Shown: positions 1 to 12,000 of the stretch, piece by piece | How the letters are laid out: every line of letters begins with the position of its first letter | Numbering within the stretch: position 1 is the stretch's first letter | DNA from: Iphione sp. A-MEVVRFRX5 | Lineage: Eukaryota | Length of the DNA: 64,000 nt | Assembly: GCA_976226885.1 (NCBI GenBank) | Contig: OZ320320.1 | Location: forward strand, 80,352,001-80,416,000 | Reading direction: 5' to 3' | Position numbers and translations under genes: made by a program | Notes under the pieces: model-generated | Seen by the model: the letters and a program-made list of their open reading frames with translations, nothing else | The model's database searches: none | Told to the model about the DNA's origin: nothing

Positions 1-1173
1 TTATTAAAGAAATTGACGGCCTCTTATAGATTCAGTAATAATGCTATGTCATGGTTTGAGGATTATCTAAGCAATAGAAGACAATTCTGTATGGTAAATG
101 GATCTGCCTCGTGTATGAAGAACATGGACATAGGGGTCCCCCAGGGCTCGACCTTGGGCCCACTTTTGTTCTCAATGTTTATAAATGACTTACCAAAAAG
201 TCTGAACAATGACACAATTCTATTCGCTGATGATACATTAATCCTCTGCATGAGCAATGATGCTGACTCATTGGCAAAGGTGAGCCAAGATGAAGTATCA
301 AGACTAATGTACTGGTGTAATAGCAACAAATTGGTTTTGAATACTAGTAAAACTAAGGTTATGCCAATATATCCAAATGATATCAGACCAACAAGAAAAA
401 TCATGTTGAGTGGAGAAGAACTTGAATATGTAGATCAGTATACGTATTTAGGTGCTATATTTGACAAAGCAATGAAGTTTGAACTTGAAATAGCTAAAGT
501 GATCAAAAAAATGTCACAAAAAATCAACATGCTCTATAAACTTAGAGGGTATTTCAGTCAAGAAGATATCATACGGTTATATAAGGCATTTGTACAACCA
601 CAAGTTGATTATTCAACATCACTATTCAATTGCTGTAACAAACATGATATCGTAAAAATACAACGATTACAGGACAGAGCTCTTGCACTGGCTTACAGCA
701 AAACTCAACAATATATCCGGAATAAGAAAATGCCTGTGAGTACAGAATTACATATTATTTATAATATGGTTAATACTTATCAGAGGAGGAGATGGATTAC
801 AGTCAATACGGTTCACAACCTCTTCCTGCTGGGTCAACTTCCTAAGCAAAGGCAATTAAACACGAGACAACATGATGCTGAATTGCTATACCTGCCAAGA
901 CCAAACTCGGAACTGATACGAAAATCTATTTATTACAACAGCATAAAGGAATGGAACAACCTTGATATCCTGGCTCGAAGTGCTGACAATGTTCTCTTAT
1001 TCAGACAACTCTCAAAATTTATTAACTAAATTATGATCATGTTAATTCTATGTTATTCACTTTGTATATACCTGTCTGTGTGAATTGAAATGTACCATCC
1101 ATACTGTTAATACCGCCTTATCGAGGCGACTGTTGGATGAAGAATAAATTGTTTCTTATCTTATCTTATCTTA
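1..1173 (+). mobile_element. 3' end of an L2/Crack/CR1-group LINE (RT C-terminus, 3' UTR, microsatellite tail); 5' part lies outside the window
   Basis: ORF 13-1029 has GVPQGSTLGP, FADD and the C-terminal 'SIYYNSIKEWNNL' motif. 3' UTR stem-loop CGCCT-TATCG-AGGCG at 1114-1128, AATAAA at 1143-1148, (TCTTA)n tail at ~1152-1173. Confidence 0.9.
13..1029 (+). CDS. non-LTR retrotransposon reverse transcriptase, C-terminal part of ORF2
   Basis: RT motifs PQG and FADD, thumb-region 'YTYLG', open to TAA at 1027-1029. Confidence 0.88.
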   Translation: MTASYRFSNNAMSWFEDYLSNRRQFCMVNGSASCMKNMDIGVPQGSTLGPLLFSMFINDLPKSLNNDTILFADDTLILCMSNDADSLAKVSQDEVSRLMYWCNSNKLVLNTSKTKVMPIYPNDIRPTRKIMLSGEELEYVDQYTYLGAIFDKAMKFELEIAKVIKKMSQKINMLYKLRGYFSQEDIIRLYKAFVQPQVDYSTSLFNCCNKHDIVKIQRLQDRALALAYSKTQQYIRNKKMPVSTELHIIYNMVNTYQRRRWITVNTVHNLFLLGQLPKQRQLNTRQHDAELLYLPRPNSELIRKSIYYNSIKEWNNLDILARSADNVLLFRQLSKFIN

Positions 1174-2699
1174 CACCTGTCCTACCCTACCGACCTATCT
1201 TGTCCAGAGGTCTAGTGTTATACCTGCCATCCTTTTTATTTAAATTGATGATATGGTTCAACATGACCTTAGCCTGACTGTCCTCAATCAAATGTGGCCT
1301 GTGACTTGAGTTACCTAAGCTAGCAAATTGCAAAAATGTCCGTTATCATTTCCCACTATAAATGAAAAATAAGTGCATGAACCGAAATATCTGAATTATT
1401 CAATTAGGAATAGATACAGGGTAAATGTACAAAGGACTCCGTTAAACTGTAGAGGTAGTAATAATAGTGGCAGGAAACGTAGCAGAAACACAAGTAGCTG
1501 TAGACGAAGTAGATATTATCAAAAAAAATACAATAGCGGTATTTATGCAAAGTTATTCACTGGCATAATTTAGTAATGGTTAATGGGCGTAAATTCAAGT
1601 AAAACAACTGTTTGGTTTTACCTGGCCACGTAATGTTCCGATTTCAGGTTACTGCTCAGTCAACTAAAACGTCTTGTTCAGACGAGTTTTAGAGCCGGTA
1701 CACATTTCTATTTTTCAAATATTTATCCTGTTTCCTTTGGAAATCTTTGAGAAAACAGGGTTGCAACAGCTATGCGATTTTAGGATGCTCTTCCCTAATG
1801 AAGAATGTTTCCTGCAAATGGCCCCCTAGTGATGTATGATTCTTAGCCACAATGATATTAAAATTCACCAGGAAACGACGGCAATCTCGTAAGATGTTTC
1901 AGAAGTTACCGAATTAGAACTGTAGCATGCATCTTTTATGTTCTGTTTGCCCTGAAAATGTGAAGGTCCTACATTCAGTAGGAAATTGTAACGTGTTTCT
2001 GGTCTCAGATGAGTGCTGGCTTAAAAAATTAAGGATGTCCACACAAGATCTGCATTCAGTGTTGCTATCTACAAGTGCAGTGAGAGACTATCCTTTATTT
2101 ATGAAATTAGGTACCTTTTATCCAAAGTCTGGCTCTAGAATTAGCCTTGGTTATGCAAGATTTTTTTAAAATTTATCAATTAACACCTCTTAATTGCCTA
2201 GTTCCAGTTGGGTCAGAATATCTGCAGATTGCACTGAGCCCTACCTTTCCATGTCTCAACTGAGAATAATTCTGAGACCTAACTCCTCCAATTCGAGACT
2301 TAATGGTATGAAATACAAGTTCCTATGTATTGAAAGCACAATATTCCAGGTTGAGACCAAACCACTCCATGGCATCTTGATGGACAGTTGAATAGTCAGA
2401 TGGCCACAAAGCCACATTTCTAAAACACCCCCCAACGCACACAATGAAAATTCATGCAATAACATGGGTATCTTGGATGATAATTTTCATACTCTGATTC
2501 AGACTCTGTGAAGAACGTAATCATTAATGCTGGTACCAGTGTCTGAATAAGAAGAAGGTATGATGTGACCACAGTAAAAAAAGACTGCCACAGAGTGAAA
2601 TATCTAAGGTGCAAAATGGCCAAACAACCATGCCCATTATTAGATACAAAATTGTCAAATTTCAATCTAACCTAAAATGCAGGTATATATGTAGTTGTT

Positions 2700-3300
2700 T
2701 CAAGTGGTCGAAATAGTCCAGTGATTAAGATGTGGGTTGGGTTCTGATTTTTTTATTTTTACCTTTTTATAGAACGGTTATAGGTTCAAAGGTTATATTG
2801 CCACACCATTGCTGGGAATCTACACAATTAGATCGCACAAAATAACTTACCAACAATGCTACAACAGAACTGCAACATTGCCTCAATGTTGCCGGAATGT
2901 GAATTTTATTAGCTTGGTAAGAGGTAGTAAACAGAGCTATCAGTACAATGCAAGTATGTAAGATAGGCTCTACTTGGGGTATCTGGCCTGGATTCTAGCT
3001 AGAATCCATCGCCGTAGGTTTGGGCAGAGGTCTTGGACTGGAAGGCTGGTGCTGGAGACTGCTGCTACCGGGTGGTCTGCTCCGACTCCCTGAGGCTGTT
3101 TATATCCCCAACTGGTATATAGGGGCGTGTGGCCTAATTGGGGCTGCATTTCAACAAAGGTGGAAGGTCTCAATTGTGCCTGGCATCTGTTTTGTGCAAT
3201 TATGGGGAATGGGGACTGACCAAGTTCTATTGTTTATCTGTGTTTTTCCTCTAGCCTTAACCTAGACCAAGGGTTTTTATCATACTGTATAGAGGTCATA
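2700..3300 (-). repeat. possible decayed solo LTR or other repeat fragment
   Basis: Minus strand shows a TATA-like GGGGATATAAAC (~3095-3107), a GC-richer R-like tract and AATAAA (~2905). No TG..CA ends or TSD could be fixed. Confidence 0.25.
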
Positions 3301-4134
3301 ATATATTTTTTCAAGTTATTCCTCATAGTAATTTAATGAATGGCCAAGACTTCATATTTGAACATACATTTCTCTGGCATACATATTCTGTTGAATTCAT
3401 TAATGAGGAAGCTCTGTCTTTCTAGAGGTGTAGTGAAGGTAGGGATTACCCAGTAGGTCGGGACAAAGGGATTACGCAGTAGGTCGCTGGTAGGAACAAA
3501 GGGGTATTGTGGGAGGGTTTTCCAGCTAGTCTTACCGAGATGAGCCCCTCTGTTCATTGCAAAATTGCTTCCTTAACCCATTAAAGGGTTAATGAAAGCA
3601 GCTCCAAGCTCGAAAAGACATGACTGCCAAAAGATGTGTTACCTATAGATTTGTTTCAAAGGAGCTAGGTCCTGTCCTTTTCACAACAGTTATGATATGG
3701 TTTTTACCTGGGACGAAAGTTTAAACTGAATTTTCGGTAACCTGTGGCAAATCTGATGGATGTGCATAAAAAAGTATGAGGGATGGTGACTGAAAAATCA
3801 CATTCATAACTGTACAATGAGCCAACTTTTGAACTGCCGGTGTTATGATAGTGGGAACATTACAGAGGACTATAGGTATAAAGCATTTAAAGCCAAAAGA
3901 AATTGATACTATGAATAATACATTAAGCCCTATGCATCCCTCATGTTCGTGTCAAATGCCTGAGACCTGCTGATAGAAATATATTTTTCTGTTTTATTAG
4001 TGCAATTGCACTTAAACCCTCTGTTAACAAAGTATATGTTGTTGTGGGAATTCAGAATCTTAATTATTCCAGCAGTAATGTTTTTAATATGCATTTAACC
4101 AGGAACTGTATATTCAGTGATTTTTGTTAGCTTT

Positions 4135-4408
4135 TTTTCCATATTCTCCTGGGGTAGCATATTACCATCTGTTATTGAGAATTGAGAGATTAGAATGCCC
4201 AGGATTGTCCCCTACTCATATTACAAAGAGGTTTCTGGGTCTTTTTGTACATACGGAACAGAATCGTATGCACTTAGACTTTGCCAAATTTAGAACACTC
4301 TGGTTTGGGAATACAGTAAGTCTTGATCAAGAGTCCCAGGCCCAGGACTGAACTTGTTACCAGTGTACCAGTGCTAGTCAGCACTCTTACCAATTGAGGT
4401 AACTCCCC
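4135..4408 (-). mobile_element. tRNA-derived SINE (tRNA-like head 4408-4334 plus body)
   Basis: Minus strand reads GGGGAGTTACCTCAATTGGTAAGAGTGCTGACTAG...AAGTTCAGTCCTGGGCCTGGGA, with degenerate pol III box A and box B. It lacks a clean cloverleaf and continues into a non-tRNA body. Confidence 0.6.
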
Positions 4409-4892
4409 ACCTCACTTTTTTGTCCATAACAGCTGCCATCAATGAGGCACTTGATGCGGATTGTATGAATATGATACAAAACACTTTAAAGATCAATAAT
4501 TAATGGACATTAAGCATTTATGTTGAATTGCCTTCTAATATTTATATTATGCCACTCACTAACCTATACATAATGTATTGAAGCATTGTCTATCCATACT
4601 AATTCAGTACCCTGTCTATTTTTTTACCCAAGACCTGCTCTGACATACTGAACTTTCAAAATATCAATTTAACAATCTATACTCCTGCTCCTTCACAACC
4701 CCCCCCTCTAATCAGAAGATGGATAGGCAAGATACACAACCAAGTCTATTAAATTCATAGTTAAATATTCTTGCTATTCCAGACATCCCTTGTGTTGACA
4801 TGTTCTTCCCCGGTCCCTTTACTGTCTGTATTAATGAGATTATAGGGCGCGGCTGCAGCTGCTACATTGAGGTCAAACTAAGGACAGCACAT

Positions 4893-5778
4893 CCCCTGGC
4901 TGCCCTGTGTGTCCCCCAGCCACTCAGGGCACACACACATACACAGGGGTCCCCTCCTGCTAGTACCCTGGGTGCCCAGTGTGTCCCCAAGCCACCCAGG
5001 GCACACACACACAGACAAGGGTTCCCCTCCTGCTAGTACCCTGGCTGTCCAGTGTGTTCCCCAGCCACCCAGGGCACACACACACAGACAAGGGTTCCCT
5101 CCTGCTAGTACCCTGGCTGTCCGGTGTGTTCCCCAGCCACCCACGGCACACACACACAGACACACACGTACATACACAGGGGTCCCCTTCTGCTGGTACC
5201 CTGGCTGCCCTGTGTGTCCCCCAGCCACTCAGGGCACACACACATACACAGGGGTCCCCTCCTGCTAGTGCCCTGGGTGCCCAGTGTGTCCCCCAGCCAC
5301 CCAGGGCACACATACACACAGACAAGGGTTCCCTCCTGCTAGTACCCTGGCTGTCTGGTGTGTTCCCCAGCCACCCAGGGCACACACACATACACAGGGT
5401 TCCCCTCCTGCTAGTACCCTAGCTGTTCAGTGTATTCCCCAGCCATCGAGGGCACACACACACAGACAAGGGTTCCCTCCTGCTAGTACCCTGGCTGTCT
5501 GGTGTGTTCCCCAGCCACCCAGGGCACACACACATACACAGGGTTCCCCTCCTGCTAGTACCCTAGCTGTCCGGTGTATTCCCCAGCCATCGAGGGCACA
5601 CACACACAGACAAGGGTTCCCTCCTGCTAGTACCCTGGCTGCCTGACCTTGTTCCCAAGCCACCCATGGCACACACACATACACAGGGGTCCCCTCCTGC
5701 TAGTGCCCTGGGTGCCCAATGTGTTTCCCAGCCATCCAGGGCACACACACGCTAGGGTCACCTCCTGCTAGTACCCTG
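4893..5778. repeat. minisatellite, ~72-74 bp unit with an embedded (CA)n tract, ~12 copies
   Basis: CCTCCTGCTAGTACC recurs at 4953, 5026, 5098, 5186, 5258, 5332 and onward to 5761. The ORFs called here are repeat artefacts. Confidence 0.97.
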
Positions 5779-6041
5779 AATGCCCAGAGCATCCCCGGCT
5801 GCCATCACTGCCCCTCCCCCACCAAGTCATCCCCTCTCACTCACACATGCACACACACATGCCAAACCACCCATTAATCCAAGCTGCCTCAGCCACCATC
5901 CCACCAGCGAGTACCACCACCCCCCAAAAAAAGAAAAATCTTTGCCACCCACACTCTGCCTCCTTCCACCAAATATTACATAACACACCTTCAGATGGCA
6001 GCTAAAGCTTTAAACAATTCTCATACATGAATTTGTCTTAC

Positions 6042-6552
6042 CCACACCCCTGGACAGGAGTGGAGGTCCGACTAGCTGGCCTTCATGTACAATATATGCT
6101 ATGGGGGATCTGACCTCCACTGAATACCCACAACCCCTGGCAGCAGTGGACGTCATTCCAAATGTCCTTCATGTATAATATACACTATAGTGGATCTGAC
6201 TTCCACTAAATACCCACAACCCCAGGCAGGAGTGGGGGTCTGACAAGCCGACCTTCATGTACATCATATGCTATAGTGAATCCAACCTCCACTGAATACC
6301 CACAACCCTAGGCAGGAGTAGAGGTCACACCAGCTGGCCTTCATGTATACTATACACTCTAGTGGATCTGACCTCCACTGAATACCACAACCCCAGGCAG
6401 GAGTGGAGGTCACATCAGCCAACCTGCATGTACATTATATGCTATAGTAAATCCAACCTCCACTGAATACCCACAACCCTGGGCAAGAGTGGAGGTTCGC
6501 CCAGCTGGTCTTCATGTATACTTTAAACTATAGTTGATCTGACATCCACTGA
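6042..6552. repeat. tandem repeat, ~86 bp unit, 6 copies
   Basis: CCCACAACCC..GGCAGGAGTGGAGGTC...GACCTCCACTGAATA recurs about every 85-86 bp. Confidence 0.93.
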
Positions 6553-7009
6553 TGAATACTAGTTGCATACTTTTTCATTGTCATTCTGGCTGAAGAAGTC
6601 ACAGTGCTGAAACGAAACATTGCAGCTATGGTAGATATCAGTCAGTTACAAAATAGTTACTAACAAGGTACTTCATAGAATGAAGTTGATATTGAAAGTT
6701 CAAAATACACGTAACTCATTTGTTGGTGGGGCACGATGCCCTTCGTTGTCTCTTAATTCCTTTAATTCTTCTCAAAACAGGTTGATATGAACTGGCCCGG
6801 AGTAACTACTTTCGTAAAAAAGATGCTAACTATGCTGAATCAAACGTTACCACAGGTGATATTAATGTATCACAAATCCGTCCCAGACGTCCAAATTGGA
6901 AAGCGTTAAAATTTGTTTTTTGTTTGAGTCCCGTTCGCACAGTAAAGGCAAGGGGTTTACTGTTCTCTTAAACAACGAATTATTCCTAAAATTCTACACC
7001 TTCTGTGAA

Positions 7010-7065
7010 AAATGGGTCGGTTGGGTTACCGGAAAACTAACTTATTTTTTATTTTGCCCTAATTA
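7010..7065 (-). mobile_element. isolated terminus of a non-autonomous DNA transposon family, same family as the MITE at 26343-26660
   Basis: GGGTCGGTTGGGTTACCGGAAAA..TTTTGCCCTAA is the reverse complement of the (T)AGGC..AAAA..TTTCCGGTAACC.GACCGACCC terminus at 26343-26395. Confidence 0.55.
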
Positions 7066-8269
7066 AGCAAAAATACAGAGACTTCTTTAAGACATTTTCT
7101 TTTCTCCAAGGAATTAGACTTTACTAAAACCTCTAATTAAACCAGTTAAACAAAACGCAACACGACAACTCCGTTCAAACTCCATTCAGCTAGTTGTCTT
7201 TTGACAGGCAGATACCAAAGACAGAGAACACATCTCAGGCTTGATTATTTACACGTTTATTGTACGTTCAAAACACTAAGCACATCCGAAGCTGGAAATT
7301 CAATCGCTAACACCTTTCCGACCTAACGAAGTCAACACTGAGGTTTCGGAAAAAATGCATAGACAGACGCTCCAGGCGATTAGATAAAGAAAATACGTAG
7401 TTTAGATCGCCAAGCATTCATCTCCTACAAACAACACCGAGAATCCGAACACTTACCTCAATAGCAAACGCTTCATTTTTAGTCCAAATATCCACGGGGA
7501 AAAATATGGAGTAATTTACCTTCAAATTTCTCTTGACAAGGCTCATCCCTCCGCAGCCGGTGTTACTCTTATCGACTAGCAAAATTATTATGATATTTTT
7601 ATCACTTCGCCTTAACAACACTTTTAAGCAAAAACAAAAAACAACTTATTTTTTCCTCGAAACCTGACTTCAGAAAAATTGGTTCCAACTGCTATGGCGG
7701 ATTATTTTCATTCCAGAAGTAATGTCTGAAACTAATTTACCTCCACAAAATGTTGACACACTGTTTCGAAGAGTACATATATGAAAATACTTCCAAATAC
7801 CTTGTTCTTATCAATCAAAACTTGCTTTTTAGTAACAAAAAAATTCATTTTTGATGAGTATGTTCACCCAGTAGGGTTGCCCTTGTACACGTGTACATGT
7901 ACCACCTACTCTATAGAAGCCATCTACTTACCCAATATGGTCCCCTGGACCCGACAACAAGCGAACAGATATGGAGAAAACTTACCTCGGGGAAACAAAC
8001 CTGGGTTGATAATTTCCCTTGTGCCTCCAGTCTTTAGTCCAAATCACCAACCAACCTGAAACTGTCAACTCTGGCCAGAACCTAAAATCAAGTATCTGGA
8101 TGCATGTGTTTCACGACACGACTTGTTTGCAGAAAAGTCTTTTGAATATAATTATTGTTAACAGTGTAAAAATCCCATTATTAACAAATCATCAAAATAC
8201 ATCTCTTCAAAGTCACATAACTCTTCGAGGGACCAGAATGTTCTAGTTACTCTTCATCTACTGCAGCCT

Positions 8270-9060
8270 ACATAGGACTTCATCCGTCAAAGAAAATTCC
8301 TACTGAAGCCTGCGGGACTTCACAAGTAAGAGAATGTTCCTATTACAGCCCAAGAAAGTTCTTACTGGAGCCTGTGGGGACTTCATCAACCCGAGAAAGT
8401 TCTTACTGCAGCCTGCCGGGACTTCACCAGCCCGAGAAAGTTCCTACTGCAACCTGTGGGGACTTCACAAGCCCGAGAAAGTTCCTATTGCAGCCTGCGG
8501 GACTTCATCAACCCGAGAAAGTTCTTACTGCAGCCTGTGGGACTTCATCAACCCGAGAAAGTTCTTACTGCAGCCTGTGGAGACTTCATCAACCCGAGAA
8601 AGTTCCTACTGCAGCCTGTGGAGACTTCACCAGCGCGAGAAAGTTCCTATTGCAGCCTGCGCTGCGGGACTTCATCAACCCGAGAAAGTTCTTACTGCAG
8701 CCTGTGGAGACTTCATCAACCCGAGAAAGTTCCTACTGCAGCCTGTGGAGACTTCACCAGCGCGAGAAAGTTCCTATTGCAGCCTGCGCTGCGGGACTTC
8801 ATCAACCCGAGAAAGTTCTTACTGCAGCCTGTGGGGACTTTTACAGCCTTTGAAAGTTCTTACTGCAGCCTGTGGGGATATCAGCCTGAGAAACTTCCAA
8901 CTGCACCTTGCAGGACTTCCTCAGCCCAAAAAAGTTCCTACTGCAACCTATGGGGACTTCATCAGGCTGAGAAAGTTCCTAATGCAGCCTATGGGGATGA
9001 TTTCAGCACAAGTTTCTACTGCAGTCTACATGATCTTCTGCAGCTCAAGAAATTTCCTTG
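8270..9060. repeat. minisatellite, 41 bp unit, ~19 copies
   Basis: Consensus GGGACTTCATCAACCCGAGAAAGTTCTTACTGCAGCCTGTG. The core is homogeneous and the edges are degenerate. Confidence 0.97.
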
Positions 9061-9772
9061 AAGCTACACAGTGAAGCTGTGCCGACTTGAGCGACTCGGC
9101 GGGTTTGTCGCAGCACTGGAACCCTTAGAAAAGCAAGTGCTCATACACACACACAGACGTTGGATATTTAAACACGTGATCATAACTGCTTGAGATGTTT
9201 CGTAAAATGGGATAGCGACTCGTACAACTTCCACTGTTCTGACACGTGAAGTATTAGTGGTAACAGCAAATACAGCAAGGCTGCAACATTGTAAGTGAAT
9301 GTTAGCAAGAAGTTCCGTGCCCTTCAAAAACGTTCACTATCCAGCATCCTTCGCTGGAGTAGTTCTGCAGGGCTAATACATGTATGTGTACATGTATATC
9401 ACCGATCTATAAAAAAGAAATGCCAACGTGACATCTGCACAGCGGGTGCCTGTCTTCGTTACGTCCAAGTTCGGACCCTCTGAACGTCAACCCATATGTT
9501 AGGAAGAACTAGAGATCTCGTCGACAAAAACGTAAATACAGTCCGTCGAAGGTATATAAACATAGTGAACTTGTGTCAAAATACGTCGGGGATAATCCCA
9601 CGGCCGAAGCTTCCCAGCTGCTGAGTTCTTGATGCTGCCCTTGGTTTAAGAATGACTTTATTATAAATACATGAAGGAATGAGTGCCCGCCCGATATCGT
9701 CCGAGGAATGGACCGTCCTGTGAAATGGTATTATGACTGTCGATGAGGAAGACTGCTGGTGTGCCCCTGCTG

Positions 9773-9829
9773 TTAAGGCCACGTTATTGAAACCTTCTTG
9801 AACTTCTTCGGTGCCACCTCTTCCTCGCA
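9773..9829 (-). CDS. C2orf49: ashwin exon 4 (CEEEVAPKKFKKVSITWP*)
   Basis: Acceptor cctttgcag| at 9830-9831, phase 0. The C-terminal basic patch plus TWP resembles ashwin ...KRKIQHVTWP (recalled). AATAAA at 9662-9657. Confidence 0.85.
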   Translation of the reverse strand, partial: CEEEVAPKKFKKVSITWP

Positions 9830-10126
9830 CTGCAAAGGAACGTTAGAAACAGAATAGAGAATTGTGTTTTTCGTTTCAGACGATCTACCATACCACTACT
9901 TGAAAATCATTACGATTTCAATTCCCACCGGACAATGCATCCTACCCTGTGCAGCTAAGAGGCTAAAAAGTCCTTTTGTTCTTTTAAGAATGAATGAAAT
10001 ATTAGATAAAAACAATGTCAAGGCACAAAAACACTGTTATGACGCGATGGCTAGGAGTAGTGACTCTAAGTGGGAAACTGTGAGGTAAAACCTATGCATT
10101 TGTTCGGGTGAGAGAAAGGAACAAAC

Positions 10127-10673
10127 CTCTTGCTGTGTGTTGGAGTTTTGATCACTCTTGACTGTTGGTTCTGTGTTGGGGGTGGAAGGAGGCGACGAAA
10201 CGTTCATTTCAGATTTCGCTGTGGCCCCCTTCGTCTCCTGCGTCTGACTGGGCGTCGTGGTGATGGACTTTCGGTTTAATTTGACGGACTTGGTCTTGAC
10301 GGGGGTGGCGGAGGCGGTGGCTGTCTTGGCTGGGGTGATCTTGACCAGTGTGCCGCCTTGACCCACTGACCTCACCGTCACGTTCGGGTTGACCGCCGCC
10401 TCTTCGCGCGCCGCCGCCGCCGCCGTCACGTGCGACCGCCGCCCGCCGCCGCCGCCGTCGTCGGTCTCCCCGCCCGCCTTCGTCTTGCCGCCGGCCGGCT
10501 GCGATTCCGACCGCGGCAGGTTGTCGTCGGCGGACGTCGTCGTCGGCTTGAGTCGGATGATTTTGCGCTCGACGTTGACTGGCGGCGGTTTGAGCCGGTT
10601 GAGCGGCGGCGGTGTGGACTTCGGGGGGTTGAACGAGCAGAGGAAACGTCCACTCTCTTTCGTGGTCTCTGAG
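10127..10673 (-). CDS. C2orf49: ashwin exon 3
   Basis: Acceptor cccactcacag| and donor GAG|gtttgt. 547 nt (1 + 182 codons), containing the ashwin motif NRLKPPP. Confidence 0.85.
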
Positions 10674-11280
10674 CTGTGAGTGGGAAAGAGTCATTAATCA
10701 GGCATCACAGTCGGGCATGTTTGCAATAGATGGCACGCTGAGTTCCTTATTCCGAGCAAATCTGTATGTTTCTACCAAAGTGAAAGTGAAGAAATCACAC
10801 AAAACATAAGACCTTCCCCAACCAGCCCCCCGAACAACCACCACCATCATATTGTCCTTATCTGTCTTATAGTGTGCTCAGAACCATCCCGTGCCCCAAT
10901 ACCGATATACTTGGGTATGTAATTTGTTAGTTTCTTAGGTGTAGGAGTCGTTCTTACACATTCAAATTCAACTGCCAGTCATGACACCACGACACGATTT
11001 GCGTCGACTGGTCTATCGTTGGATGGACTGGGCAATGTCCAGTTTTGCTTGTTTTAGACTACTGATAGTAATGAAACATTTTTATAGCTACAGATCTTCG
11101 AGTGGTGAATGTACAGGTATGTTTGTAACAAGGAACTTGATGAGAGTTTTACAGGGAAAAAACCACAAGGGTTTTTACTGAGGCCAGCATTCAAAGACAA
11201 CTGAAAAAGTACATGCCCCATCCATCCACCGATCAGTGTTTAACAAGACCGTGAATAAACAAAGACCTGAGCATCCGTAC

Positions 11281-11483
11281 CCGTTCGTACACGTGCTTGA
11301 AGTGGCACTGCTTTCCTCATGTGTTCGTTTTCTCTTCAAGGCAGACACCTGCTGCTTGGTGGCTGTCCGGCCGCGCCTGTTGAGCCGGTACTTACGCTGC
11401 GGCATAGGCATCACCTGGTCGTAGTACATCTGTCGGAGAGACTCCTTGTCCATGCCGTTGAGTGAGGATATATCTACTTGCTT
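11281..11483 (-). CDS. C2orf49: ashwin exon 2
   Basis: Acceptor tacttccag| and donor GG|gtacgg. DKESLRQMYYDQVMPMPQRKYRLNRRGR resembles the ashwin core KDSLTDLYVQHAIPLPQR..NRWGK (recalled). Confidence 0.88.
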
Positions 11484-11849
11484 CTGGAAGTACAGAAATA
11501 ATACAGTGCAATAACTTCGGATACCCGACAAGCGGCTATACCAGGCAACCCTCATTAGGGACATAACGACCTCAGAACAACGCTCTATTTCATATTTCAT
11601 GTCCCCTGGCCAATCTAGACACTCACCTACACCGGACACTCGCCTCTAGACATGCATTTCACAGTCTTATTTTAAGACCCCAGACAATGGAAGAAAGAGG
11701 CAAGTCCCGAGGAAGGGTCTCCTGTCTCTTCAAACACCCCAAAAGGGAGAGACAAGAAAGTCAAGGAAAGTCATGAGAAAAGGTGCGCAGAAAGGCAAGA
11801 CAGACATGAAAGAGCATAGACCTGACAGGGGTATGAAGAATATAAGGAA

Positions 11850-12000
11850 AAAACATGAGTTGTAGTGAATTTGAGGAGTAAATCTTGATTTGTGGTGAAT
11901 CTGAGCAGAAAATCATGAGTTTCGTGGCATTTGCGAGGTAAATACCTGTGTTGCAGCGAACCTGGGAGGTAAAAACCTGATTTGTAGCTAATTTACGGAA
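11850..12000. repeat. degenerate ~31 bp tandem repeat, ~5 copies, in ashwin intron 1
   Basis: AAAAACATGAGTTGTAGTGAATTTGAGGAGT-like units recur. Confidence 0.6.

Noticed and set aside
3573-3592. TTAACCC-ATTAAA-GGGTTAA, like a piggyBac stub
   Set aside because: Too short to distinguish from chance in AT-rich DNA.
4800-5748. Many overlapping ORFs on both strands
   Set aside because: They are translations of the 72-bp minisatellite.
6586-6635. CTGAAGA...GAAAC resembling a minimal hammerhead ribozyme core
   Set aside because: Stem II is marginal, and no stem III/UH/stem I pairing can be built in register.
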